DNA of 64,000 nt from Cetorhinus maximus. Lineage: Eukaryota. A program made the position numbers and the translations under genes. The notes under the pieces are model-generated. The model ran no database searches and had not been told where the DNA came from. It saw nothing but the letters and a program-made list of their open reading frames with translations. The DNA lies in the NCBI RefSeq assembly GCF_964194155.1, contig NC_135901.1, forward strand, positions 25,792,001-25,856,000, written 5' to 3'. Of the stretch, positions 1-11,327 are shown one piece after another. Every line of letters begins with the position of its first letter. Position 1 is the stretch's first letter.

Positions 1-120
1 AACACTATAGACAACGCAAATTAGAAAGAGAAAGTTACTCTTTAAATGCCCCCACACTCTGCCTCCAGTGTCTAAACCTAACATCAAGAATCCCAGTATA
101 AATAACGTGTATTTTACTAA

Positions 121-362
121 CAAATTTCTTCACTCAGAGGGTGGTGAATCTTTGGAATTCTCTGCCCCAGACGGCTGTGCGGGGTCAGCTGTTGAGTATG
201 ACTGAGATCGATAGATTTCTACATCTTAAAAACATCAAGGGACACGAGGATGGTGCAGGGAAATGGTGTTGAAGAAGAAGATGAGCCATTGAATATATTG
301 AATGGTGGAACGGGCTTGAAGGGCTGAATGGCCTACTCCTGCTCCTATTTCTTACGTTCTTA
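121..362 (+). mobile_element. CR1 LINE 3' end (HER1-like)
   Basis: Encodes the 'NFFTQRVVNLWNSLP'-type ORF2 C-terminus, followed by the typical tail GGGCTGAATGGCCTACTCCTGCTCCTATTTCTTA. Confidence 0.85.
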
Positions 363-1078
363 AATGTTGAAGTGTTGGTTTGGAGCCGTAGGTTTCGACT
401 TCCCATTTGAGCCTCTGACACCTTTCTGTCTCTCTACTGCTCGTGTCAATGACAGCCAGGCGACGGACCTGAGGTCTAAATGTAAATGAGAATAACAGGG
501 CCTGGGACCCCGTTGGGAAACTGCCGTGGGCATCGAACTAATAGAGAGACAGGGAGGTGCTGGAGGATTGACTTGGAAATGAGCCTCCAACCAATTGGGG
601 CACATGAGGGTGAAACCGGGGTTGATGCTGACACAACCCCTTGATGGACCTGGAATCAGGAGAAAGAAAAACCATTGTTTATGGTTGAGCTTTGTGTAAG
701 CTTCCTGACCGTGGTGGTACATACAACAGCTAACCAGGCAAGATGTTGTGATCAGGCTTTAGAAACATACCCTGTGTAGACTAGTTCTCCGAAGCTGTGA
801 GCTTGTCAACTGGGGCAGTGAAACTAGGCGTCCAACAGCCACAGTGACCTCTAATATTGGACATTGGATATAACCCTGTTGTGTATAAAGATCTATCTGA
901 TGCTGGGCTATTGTGATGGAATTGAATCAATTAATGGTCAGATTAACTCTATCAGTTAATAACATTGATTCAAGCAGTGTTTACTCTGTCAATCTGTTCA
1001 TAAAATGGTGTTAGTTAATGCATGTCTGTGTCTGGTCTTAATTTCATTACTTGTTTTTGTTACTATCCAAGTACAGTG

Positions 1079-1266
1079 GAGAGAAAGACAGAGTTAACAT
1101 TTCGAGTCCATATGACTCTTCTTCAGACTCTGAAGAAGAGTCATACAGACTCGAAACGTTAACTCTGTCTTTCTCTCCACAGAGGCTGTCAGACCTGCTG
1201 AGTTTTTCCAGCACTTTTTGTTTTTGTTTCAGATTTCCAGCATCCACAGTATTTTGTCTTTATCTG
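1079..1266. mobile_element. Short Penelope-like (PLE) insertion with inverted (hairpin) structure
   Basis: Arms ~1075-1126 and ~1129-1180 are reverse complements. PLE tail CAGACCTGCTGAGTTTTTCCAGCA is present. Flanking 14-bp direct repeat ATCCAAGTACAGTG at 1065-1078 and 1267-1280. Confidence 0.85.
1126..1164 (+). ncRNA. Minimal type-I hammerhead ribozyme motif (PLE-type), canonical core
   Basis: CTGAAGA-A-GAGTC(ATACA)GACTC-GAAACGTT-AACT matches CUGANGA core, stem II, GAAA and palindromic mini-stem III. The 5' stem-I strand is altered by the inversion junction. Confidence 0.7.
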
Positions 1267-1479
1267 ATCCAAGTACAGTGTTTACTCTGTTAATCTGTTC
1301 ATAAAATGGTGTTAGTTAATGCATATCTGTGTCTGGATTCAATTTCATTACTTATTTTTGTTACTGACTAGTGTCTCGGTCTCCTCTCTCTCTCTCTCTC
1401 TCTCTCACCCTGTGTTCCTCTCTGTACACTGATTAGGGTCTCGCTCAACCCTTGTTACTGTCAATATAAATCCTCATTT

Positions 1480-2300
1480 AAAAAGGCATTGATCAATCAG
1501 GGGCTGTCATCAGCATAGATTTGTTCAGGGAAGGTTGTGTCTGACTAAATCGAGTGAATTTTTTGAGGACGTGACAAGGAAGGTTGATGGGGTAGTGCAT
1601 TTGAAGTAATCTATATTTTTGGATTTTAGAAAGGCTTTTGATAAAGTCCCACATGTCAGATTAATCAGTGAATTAAACACTCATGGGATCCAAGGGTAAG
1701 TAGCAAGTTCGACCCAATATTGGCTCAGTGACAGGAAACAAAGGATAATGGTCGACAGATGTTTTTGTGAGTGGAAGGCTGTTTCCAGTGGGTTTCCACA
1801 GGTAACAGTATCAGGTCCTGTGCTGTTCATGGCACAGATCAATGATTTAGACTTAAACGTAGGGGTTATGATTCAGAAGTTTGCAGATGAGGCACAAATT
1901 GGCCATGGGTTTGATAGTGAGGAAGAAAGCTTTAGGCTGAATGGACTGGTCAGATGGGCAGTAAAGTGACAAATGGAATTCAATCCGGGGAAATGTGAGG
2001 TAATGAATTTGGGGAAGGCTAATAAGGCAAGGGCATACACAATAAAAGGTAGGATACTGAGAAGTACAGAGGGACCTTGAAGGGTACGGCTACAGATCCC
2101 TGAAGGTAGCAGCACAGGGTGATGTTGAGGTGAATAACATAGATACAGTTAAGGGGAAGCTGGATAAACACACGGTGGAGCAATGAATAGAAGGATATGC
2201 TGATCAAGTTAGATGGGAGCAGGATCAAATGAAGTATAAGTACTGGCATGGATCTGTTGGGTTGAATGGCCTGTTTCTGTGCTGTATATTCAGTGTAATT
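1480..2300 (+). mobile_element. Degenerate CR1 LINE (RT region and 3' end)
   Basis: Frameshifted 'DF-KAFDKVPH', 'SGFPQ-VSGPVLF', 'KFADEAQIG' and 'FNPGKCEV' motifs; CR1 tail near 2250-2290. Confidence 0.85.
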
Positions 2301-2599
2301 TAGCCTGGTATTGCCTTTAACTCTGATATAGCCCATCCTGGGTTAAAGAGAAATAGTTTTACTCACAAAAGACCATTTCAGCTCATTGTTTCCAGCTATT
2401 GTCCAATCAATGCCTCTTGTCAGTCACATGTCCAGGTGAGCAGCCAAGACATTCAATTCAGCTACCATCATCTCATGTGATTTGTCGCAATATGTCTTGG
2501 AAGATCAGAATTTTAGCAAATGGACTGAAATTATTTAAATTTACTGGGTCCCAATTATTTCCTGAACCAATTATTACTTTTCAGCCAGTCTTATTCAAA

Positions 2600-2860
2600 T
2601 TGGAAAGTTCATTCAGGACAAAGCAGACCATTGGATTGTCACCCCATCCACCACCTTAAATATTCACTCCCTCCAGCACCAACACACAGTGGCTGCAATG
2701 TGTACCATCTACAAATGCTCCACAGCGACTTTCCAAGTTTGCTTCAACAGCATCTTCCAATCCCACAGCCTCGAATGACAAGGGCAACAGACACATGGGA
2801 ACAGCAGCACTTGCAATTCTCCTGTGAGTGACACGCCATCCTGACTTGGAACTATATTGC
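2600..2860 (+). mobile_element. 3' fragment of a second CR1-group LINE family ('type B')
   Basis: Homologous to 2935-3750 and 26810-28410 (LLQQHLP...RTRATDTWE). Confidence 0.7.
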
Positions 2861-2934
2861 TTAGGGTGTGTAAGAAAACCACTTCAGCTCAAATTCTGTG
2901 TGTATGCAAACCGCTTTGCTCAGCATCTCTGCAA

Positions 2935-3750
2935 AAAGAATGGGATGAGGGCTTCGCTGGCTGGGCCAGCATTTATTGCCCATCCCTAGTTGCCCTTGAG
3001 AAGGTGGTGGTGAGCTGCCTTCTTGAACCACTGCAGTCCATGTGGTGTAGGTACACCCACAGTGCTGTTAGGAAGGGAATTCCAGGATTTTGATCCAGCG
3101 ACAGTGAAGGAACGGCGATATATTTCCAAGTCAGGATGGTGAGTGATTTGAAGGGGAACTTCTAGCTGGTGGTGCTCCCATCTATTTGCTGTCCTTGTCC
3201 TTCTAGGTGGTAGTGATCGTGTGTTTGGAAGGTGCTGTTGAAGGAGCCTTGGTGAATTGCTGTGATGCATCTTGTAGATGGTACACACTGCTGCTACTGT
3301 GCGTTGGTGGTGGAGGGAGTGAATGTTTGTGGATGTGGTGCCAATCAAGCGGGCTGGATTGTCCTGGATGGTGTCAAGCTTCTTGAGTGTTATGGGAGCT
3401 GCACTCATCCAGGCAAGTGGGGAGTATTTAACCACACTCCTGACTTGTGCCTTGTAGATGGTGAACAGGCTTTGGGAAGTCAGGAGGTATGTTACTCATC
3501 GTACTATTTCTAGCCTCTGACTTGCTCTTGTAGCCATAGTATTTATATGGCTAGTCCAGTTCAGTTTCTGGTCAATGGTAACCCCCAGGATGTTGGTAGT
3601 GGGGGATTTAGTGATGATAATGCCATTGAACATCAAGGGGCGATGGTTGGATTCTCTCCTGTTGGAGATGGTCATTGCCTGAATGTTACTTGTCACTTGT
3701 CAGCCCAAGCCTAGATATTGTCCAGGCCTTGCTACATTTGGACATGGATT
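2935..3750 (-). mobile_element. CR1-group LINE 'type B', 3' portion
   Basis: ORF2 C-terminus 'ILGVTIDQKLNWTSHI...YSPLAWMSAA...SWNSLP' and tail GGGCAATAAATGCTGGCCCAGCCAGCG. Confidence 0.85.
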
Positions 3751-4067
3751 ATCTGTGTATGCACACAAACCCCTTTAGAACAGAGTCCCTGTGTATCCTG
3801 GCCCCTTTTAGCTCAGTATCCCCTTGTTCAGCCCGTTCTGCTGGATCCTGGGCAGGTTTCTATTTGACCATTTCCTGATCTTTAGCCAATATCCTCTGGT
3901 CCCTAGCTATGTCTATATTTCTAAATATGCGCTGTTTGTACATTAAGATCCTGAGCTGAAACTTGAGATTGGCTTACATGTTAAAAACGCCTCATCTCAA
4001 CCTAAGTTACAAATGCTGAAATGCCTAATCTTAGAAATAAGTATTTAATTGGCTGAAGGTTGGGAGA

Positions 4068-4710
4068 TGTTAGGCTTTATCGCAAGAAGATTTGAGTACA
4101 GGAGTAGTGAAGTCTTGCTTCAATTGTATAGAAGCTTGGTTAGACCGCATCTGGAGTACTGAGTGCAGTTTTGGTTCCCTTACCTCAGAAAGGATATTAT
4201 TGCTGTAGAGGGAGTGCAACGAAGGTTCTCCAGCCTTGTTCTGGAGATGGCAGGATTGTCTTATGAAGAGAGACTAGGCAACCTTGGCCAGCATTCTCTA
4301 GAGTTTCGAAGAATGAGAGGTGATCTCATTGAAACCTACAAAATAATGAAAGAAATAGACAGAGTTGATGTGGGTAAGATGTTTCCCCTGGTCGGGGAGC
4401 CTAGAACCAGGGGACACAATTTCAAAATAAAGAGAAGCCACTTAAGACCAAGATGAGGAGAAATTTCTTTATTCAGAGAGGGGGATTCTTTGGAATTCTT
4501 GACCCCGAAGGGCTATGGAAGCTCAGTCATTGAGTATGTTAATGGTAGAGATTGATAGATTTCTGATTAACAATAACGTAAAGGGTTATGGGGACAGTGT
4601 AAGTAAAAGGCATCAAAGTGTTCGATCAACCATGATCGTACTGAATGACGGAGCAGGCTCGACGGGCTTAATGGCCTTCTCCTGTTCCATTGTTCCTATG
4701 TTCCTGTGTT
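4068..4710 (+). mobile_element. CR1 LINE 3' end
   Basis: 'QFWFPYLRKDIIAVEGVQRRF...LEFRRMRGDLIETYKI' and a TTCCTATG-like repeated tail. Confidence 0.9.
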
Positions 4711-4729
4711 GTATAATGTAAGTTCTTCA

Positions 4730-4935
4730 CACAGAATATACAGCACAGAACCAGGCTAATCAGTCTATGTCATTTGTACTGGACACGAACTTCCTCCTGC
4801 TTTACTTCAGCAAATCCTACCTTTCTTCCACAAGTGTTTATGCAGCTTTCCCTTACACACATCTATGATATTCACCTCAATCACTCTGTGCGGTAGCAAG
4901 TCCCACATTCTCACCACTCTCTGGGTGAAGAAGTT
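4730..4935 (-). mobile_element. CR1 LINE 3' end fragment
   Basis: Reverse complement reads AAACTTCTTCACCCAGAGAGTGGTGAGAATGTGG followed by a CR1 tail. Confidence 0.7.
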
Positions 4936-5069
4936 TATTTTCTTAACACTCTTCATGCCCCTTTTAATTGTTGCCTATTTTCTCAGCTCGATCTGCTGAT
5001 CCTGGAATGGGGCAAATGACAGGGAAAGGATGAGGCCACTGACACTTCACATCACTTCCCCGAACACCA

Positions 5070-5190
5070 TGCCTCAGTCAGCCTCATACTCTTGCCTCTG
5101 AGTCTGAACATCGTGGGTTTGAGTCCCCACTCCACAGACTCAAGTCCCCCAAAACCCTGGGCTGACACTCTTTCAGTCTTCAGATGCCAG
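5070..5190 (+). mobile_element. tRNA-derived SINE head (DeuSINE/SacSINE1-like)
   Basis: CTCTTGCCTCTGAGTC...GTGGGTTTGAGTCCCCACTCCA...GGCTGACACTC resembles the SacSINE1 5' region with a B-box. Confidence 0.6.
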
Positions 5191-5469
5191 GTTCCAAACC
5201 TCTGGAGTTCCCTCCCTTAACCTCTTCACTTCTCACTCCTCTTTTAAGACTCTTCTTAAAACCTACCTTTTCATCTCTCAGTGACATCAAGGACTTGACA
5301 AACTGTTTGTCCAAAACAAAGCTGATTTATTTGACATTACCAGAATATTAAACTCTAGCCCAGTTATAGGGATTAATAACAGCAGAAACAGACCCCAACT
5401 GTTAGAATTAATATGGTTCAGTCCTGGATGTGATTAACAGCAGCAAGAACAGCAGAATCTAACCCCTAC

Positions 5470-6062
5470 AGTCAAACATGAAGTCACTAGTGTGTCAGAA
5501 GGTGGGATGAGCGAGTCCCTTCCCACAAGTGGAATTCTTAAACAGCCATAGCCTGGTGTAAGATCATTGGTGTGCCAACAGGTTGGAAGATTGGCTGAAT
5601 TCCTTCCCATACATTAAAGGGCCTCTCCGTGGAGTGAACTCACTGTTGTGCCAGCAGGTTGACTGACAGAATGAATCTCTTCCCACAAATGGAGCAGATG
5701 GATCTACCCTGTGTGTGCTCACTGGTGGGTATCAAGTTCAGTGAGTGAACTTCCCACTGACAGAACATATGAATGGCCTCAACCCACTGTGGCTGCACGC
5801 TTTCACAAAATCTCATCTACTGTCGTGATTATATAGTTCATCACCAGTCTGGTAACAGTTGGCCATCATCAGCTTGGATGATCAATTTAAGCCTCACACT
5901 GATATCTGAAACCTTTCCCACAGACAGAATAGACAAATGTTTCTCCTTCCACATTCAAGGGCCGATGATCGTCAGGACCCGATGAATCGAGTGACTATAT
6001 CAGATTTTGATGTTATGTTTGGTTTGTGTTTGCTATCTGCAAATCCTCCCTACTAATCCCCT
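5470..6062 (-). pseudogene. Highly decayed C2H2 zinc-finger pseudogene (copy A)
   Basis: Reverse strand shows remnants of TGTGGGAAGGGA/CACCAGTGAG finger codons. The family leader exon lies at ~5930-6062 and the family 3'UTR at 5320-5470. Confidence 0.75.
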
Positions 6063-6335
6063 ATAAAAGGAGATTACAAAAATACATTACTGTGAGCGAG
6101 GAGTAGAAATCCAGAACTGTCAATTTTAGTTGTCATGGAACATCCTTCTCCCTCGCAAACGACAAATCTCTGTCCCCCCACACACTCCCTTCTCCCTATT
6201 GATTGTAACCTTAATTCATCCAATTATCCTCCTCCTGCTTTTCTCCCAATTCTCCTCCCCAGAAGGTGCTGACTCTCAGGTTCAGTTTCACACTCACTTA
6301 TTGTCTTTCACAATATGTCACCCAGGTGTTTCAAA

Positions 6336-6445
6336 TCTTCGTTGAAGAAGAGCCATATTGGACTCAAAATGTTAACTCTGTTTCATTTTCCACACATGTG
6401 GCCAAGCCTTGTGATTGTCTGCAAAACTTTCAATTTTTATTTTAG
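6336..6445 (+). mobile_element. Old degenerate PLE hammerhead+tail fragment
   Basis: TTGAAGAAGAGCCATATTGGACTCAAAATGTTAACTCTG is a decayed copy of the motif at 1130-1170. Confidence 0.6.
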
Positions 6446-6539
6446 TCAAAATCTTTACGCCTGAAGCTGACAAACTATTTGAACAGACTGAGGTCACTGC
6501 GCCCTCCACTCCCATTTTTCATCCTAGTCCCAGGAGTTT

Positions 6540-6836
6540 GGAAGCTGAGCTCCGGATGAGTAATGGCGGCTGCAGCCCCCACAAGTCCTCGCGCTGGGGA
6601 AACCGCTCAATCCATCGAGCGGACGGGCGACCCGGGACTGCGCATGTCTAACGGAGCGGGAAATTGCGCATGTGCCAAAGAGAGCCCATCCCACCTACTT
6701 GCTGAGGTTCGGTCCAATGGGAAGAGTTGGAGGACCGGAAGAACGCTGGTCCTCCAGTCAATCAGCGCGTACTTTGTGACAATGAAGATTGAGCTTCACA
6801 GCCTGAAACTTCCTCCTGTGTCCAACATCTGTGAGT
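6540..6836. promoter_or_regulatory. CpG-rich, probably bidirectional promoter and first exon of ZNF copy B
   Basis: YY1-like TAATGGCGGC, two NRF1-like TGCGCATG, CCAAT at 6714, ETS CCGGAAG at 6735, splice donor GTGAGT at 6831. Paralogous to 25390-26210 in reverse orientation. Confidence 0.7.
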
Positions 6837-8168
6837 AAAACACTTTCTTTCCTTCCTCTTTCCATTTCTTTTCTAATTCTGGGGGTAAATTGTTGACTTG
6901 CAGGAACTGAAGGGAAGGGAAGTGAATCCTGGGAGGGTGCAGACTCTGGAAAGGTTGGCCGAGGTCTCTCTCTTAACGACATTGACATCCTTTGCTCCCT
7001 CAGCTTGACACATTTATTTGGCAAAAAGGATGGTCTCTTTCTTAATGTTCAGAATTAAAGGGATAGTTTCCCCAGGAGATGGCTGGCATTTAAGGGAACA
7101 GTAAGTTAATATAGGACAAAGATATGTCTAGTGTTGTTATATGTTACTTAGTTGATATATTATTTATGGTTCTGTAATAAAGAAAATTTGCAACTATTTA
7201 TTGTTTTCTAATATAGTACTGTAGCTACGTTATATATTTCCAATCGCTGAGTCGTTACAACACCAAAGGAATCCAAAAGGCAACTAGTGTCCATGCTGAC
7301 TCTCTGTGGAGCAATCCAGTCATTCCTTTTCCCCTCTATATCCCCAGAACCCTGCAAGTTTATTTCCTTCAAGTCTTTAACCAATTTCATTTTGAATCAT
7401 TTGATCGTCCCTACTTCCACCAGCCTCATAGGAAGCGAGTTCCAGGCCACGACAGCTGACTGCCTAAATAAAGTTCTTCCTCGCGTTCTGGCTTTATCTC
7501 TAATCAAGTAATGAAGTCCTCTATATTACACACATTTTTAGTCCAGTAATATGGACATAGGCTAGCAGCCTGCATGAAGATTTTCAGGTGAGCGTGGATT
7601 TTTCGATCAGCATGTATCGTCACCTTCAGGAGAATTGGGAGGCTCATTATTAGGTACAGCAGAGTGAGAATGGAGGGAGAGTGTGTGGGACAGAGATTTA
7701 CAGCTTTTGGCGAATGAGAGAGGAAAGAATGTTCCATAGAAACTAGAATTGTCTGTTCTGAATTTTTATCCTGTACTGACAGTGATGACTTTTGTAAACT
7801 CTTTTGACAGCTGATTAGAAGGGGAGGATTTGCAGAAAGAAATCTCAAATGACATTTCCAAATCTTACAGACACTTGATTCGATGGGACCTGAATATCAC
7901 CAGCCTCTGAATCTAGATGCAGAACTGTTTGTCTGCTCTGTCTGCTTCAAAAGATTTTAAACATCAGTGTGACTGGAAAAGCACTGAGCACACACACCCG
8001 AGTGAGAGTGTTCCAGTGCACTGACTGTGGAAAGAGCTTTAACCAGTTACACAGCCTGACAAAAAAAATCACACCATTCACAGCGGGAAGAAACCATACA
8101 CATGTTCTGTGGTAGAAGAGACTTTAACTGCTTGTGAAGCCTGGAAGAGACACAGGGACACCGGCACC

Positions 8169-9233
8169 ATGGAGAAACCGTGGAAATGTGGGGACTGTGG
8201 GAAAGGATTCAGTTTCCCATCCCAGCTGGAAACACATCGCCGCATTCACACTGGGGAAAGGCCGTTCACCTGTTCTCAGTGTGGGAAGGGATTCACTCAG
8301 TTATCCACTCTGCAGGAACACCAACGGATTCACACCGGGGAGAGGCCTTTCACCTGCTTTGAGTGTGGAAAGGGATTCACTCATTCATCCGCCCTGCGGC
8401 GACACCAGCGAGTTCACACTGGGGAGAGGCCGTTCACCTGCTCTGAGTGTGGGAAGGGATTCACTCATTCATCTGCCCTGCAGAAGCACCAGCGAGTTCA
8501 CGCCAGAGAGAGGCTGTTCACCTGCTCTGAGTGTGGGAAGGGATTCAGTCGTTCATTCGCCCTGCGCAAGCACCAGCAAGTTCACACTGGGGAGAGACCG
8601 TTCACCTGCTCTGAGTGTGGGAAGGGATTCACTCGGTCATCTCACCTGCTGACACACCAGCGAGTTCACACTGGAGAGAGACCGTTCACCTGCTCTGTAT
8701 GTGGGAAGGGATTCAGTGAATCATCCACCCTGCAGAATCACCAGGCAGTTCACACCGGAGAGAGGCAATTCATCTGCCCCGTGTGTGGAAAGGGATTCAC
8801 TCAGTTATCAAGCCTGTTGCGACACCAGCAAGCTCACACTGGGGAGAGGCCATTCACCTGCTCCGAGTGTGGGAAGGGTTTCATTCAGTCAACCAGTCTG
8901 CTGACACACCAGCGAGTTCACACTGGAGAGAGGCCGTTCACCTGCAGTGAGTGTGGGAAGGGATTCACTGATTCATCGAGCCTGTGGAAGCACCGGCGAG
9001 TTCACACTGGAGAGAGGCCATTCATCTGCTCCGTGTGTGGAAAGGGTTTCACTGAATCGTCCAGCCTGCGGACACACCGACGCGTTCACTCTGGAGAGAG
9101 ACCATTCACCTGCATTGAGTGTGGGAAGGGATTCACTGATTCATCCAGCCTGAAGAAACACCGTCGAGTTCACACTGAGGAGAGATGCCCTTCACCTACT
9201 CTGAGTGTTGGTAGGGATTCATTGATTTGTTGA
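8169..9233 (+). CDS. Tandem C2H2 zinc-finger protein, 12 intact fingers, no KRAB (copy B)
   Basis: ATG at 8169 ([10 protein letters not shown]...), 12 C-x2-C-x12-H-x3-H fingers with TGERP linkers. Splice acceptor at 7810. A frameshift near 9186 ends the array. Confidence 0.9.
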   Translation: MEKPWKCGDCGKGFSFPSQLETHRRIHTGERPFTCSQCGKGFTQLSTLQEHQRIHTGERPFTCFECGKGFTHSSALRRHQRVHTGERPFTCSECGKGFTHSSALQKHQRVHARERLFTCSECGKGFSRSFALRKHQQVHTGERPFTCSECGKGFTRSSHLLTHQRVHTGERPFTCSVCGKGFSESSTLQNHQAVHTGERQFICPVCGKGFTQLSSLLRHQQAHTGERPFTCSECGKGFIQSTSLLTHQRVHTGERPFTCSECGKGFTDSSSLWKHRRVHTGERPFICSVCGKGFTESSSLRTHRRVHSGERPFTCIECGKGFTDSSSLKKHRRVHTEERCPSPTLSVGRDSLIC

Positions 9234-9295
9234 ACTTGCTGAGACACCATGGCTATCACACCAATTGGTGACCTTTTAGATGCTCTGACTGTGGG

Positions 9296-10300
9296 TGTTA
9301 GTTGTATAAACTCAGTTTAAGTGTCTACACGTGGAGGGCATTGATTAGATGGTTGCATGAGTGGCTGGAAAGAGAAACTTATTGACATAGAGTGGAGTGA
9401 AGTCAGGAGGTATATATCTGTAATGTTTCACTCTGTGAACAAATATATACAAGTAAAGATTTGCACCTGTTTCTTCCTTCGCCTTAAGGCTGTCAGGATT
9501 ATAACATGGTAACTGAGAATGCTTGTCTAATGATGTAGGTTGGAGATTTAAGGAAAATAAAATTTCAGACAGAAGTTACGATCCGAGTAGCTTTTGTGAG
9601 AAATGGCTGAAAGCAAGTGGGAATTGTCAGCGTCTGAGTGGCCACTGATGTTCTCAGAGTCTGGGCCATATGACCAGTGGAAGAATGAAGTGGATATGTG
9701 GACACGGGTTATGTCCCTACCAAGGAGAAAACAAGGTATGGCCTTGGCATTGTCACTTGTCAAATCAGAAGCAAAGTATTTTGTGAGCTGGATGCCCGTC
9801 AGTTGGATACTGAGGAAGGTTTGGATCTTCTATTCGGGTTCATTGATGAGATTTACAAGAAAGATGATCTAGTGGATTCCTATGAAGCATAGTCAGACTT
9901 TGATAGATTTTGAAATCAGATGGTCATTCCATGGAGGAACAGATCATGGACTTTAACACATTATATAAAAGATTGAAGAAATTCAATTTACACATGCCCG
10001 GTTCAGTCTTAGCATTTAAATTGCTGGATTGTGCTGAGGTGTCACATATGGACAAGCTTTTGGTTCTAACTGAGTTTCAGTTCTCAGAGAGAGACTCTCT
10101 GTTGGATCAGATGTGAGATGTGTGCTGCCTTCAAAAAATTCCCGGGAAGCAGTCATTTCCGGCAGCCTTGATGGAACAAATGGAACATTCTGCAGTGTCG
10201 CAACGAATAGAGGACCTAATGATTGCCGCCTTTTGTGATGGTCCAGATACTGGACGCAGGCGTCAGTGCAATGCAGGGATGAGAAATGAATTCCGATTGT
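9296..10300 (+). mobile_element. Ty1/copia LTR retrotransposon, GalEa clade: 5' LTR, PBS and gag (decayed)
   Basis: LTR TGTTA...TAACA (9296-9506), then TGGTAACTGAGAATGCTT, a degenerate complement of the initiator tRNA-Met 3' end. Gag motifs 'YDQWKNEVDMWT...KQGMALALSL', 'KKDDLVDSYEA' and 'VLAFKLLDCA' are typical of GalEa. Confidence 0.8.
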
Positions 10301-10499
10301 AGGATCAAGGAATTCCACCCTTTTAATTTCTTTTTCCAATTTCTTACCTCCTCAGAGGTGGTCCCGCCCTCCCAGCTGCCTTGTGTTCCCGGCCACATGT
10401 GATCTCAGAACTGTCCCTGTGCATTGTGATCTTCGCACGCCACATTCAATCCCTCCATCCTCACCCGGCAGCTTGCGATCCAGCACATTTCACACACAG

Positions 10500-11327
10500 T
10501 TAATAAATTGCACAGGGTGGGGGGAGGTGGGGTGGGGGGCAGAGAGGAAGGCTCCAAGCTTCAGATTTAAAGAGACAAAAGCTGAGAGAACAGCTTGCAA
10601 GAGGCAAGAATGCCCAAAGAACGGCTGAAGGTCTGTAACTCTTTACTATGGGCCTGTGAAGTAGTGGTGTACTGTTGATGGCTGAGTCAGTGAGAGAGTG
10701 TGCATGGAAGACAGTTTGAATGCATGTGGTAACCCAAGGGAGAGGATCATCGGAAGAAGAGTTCAAAACCCTGGAGGTGGACCCCAGCGGAAGGCGTCTG
10801 AGAGAAAGTGTTGGTTTGGGAGAAGATTCCAAAGCGAATTCTTGGAAAGTGAGATTGGAAACCCTCACGTGAAAGACAGAGTTCAGTGAGGCTGTTTGTC
10901 TCACGTGTAACAAGCGTCTGGGGGGAGTTGAGGAGAAATCCATAGCATCTGTCTCGGATGGCATCTGTCACTTGGTTTCAGAGCGTAGTGTGTCTGACCA
11001 CAGGTTGCCAATTGGTTTACGTGGACTGTACTTACTGTGAACATTAGAGTATTAGATAGCTTTTGAAGTTTATGTTATTGTTACAAATCTGGCTATATCT
11101 GTAAATGTATAGATGTGGGTGAAGGAGTATTGTAATATAGTTCATCTTTTCTTGTTAAATAAATGTTTTATTCTTTTGTTCCACGTTCATTAGCTGACTT
11201 CGGTGACTCTGTTCAGTAACCACTCTCCACGTATCTAAACGAACAAATAAAAGTTAGGATCTATCAAGCTGGGTTCCAGCCTGGGATCAGGCTTGTCCAG
11301 GGGTAACCTAAGCTGGGGATCATAATA
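10500..11327 (+). mobile_element. Probable solo/partial LTR
   Basis: TTTAAA box, AATAAA at ~11158 and an LTR-like terminus CTGGGGATCATAA; no coding potential. Confidence 0.55.

Noticed and set aside
361-1480. Possible LTR or other repeat
   Set aside because: Looks repeat-like, but termini, TSD and PBS could not be established.
8134-9153. Repetitive alternative-frame ORFs ('GRDSLIHP...') and antisense ORFs over the ZNF arrays
   Set aside because: Shadows of the 84-bp finger periodicity, not independent genes.
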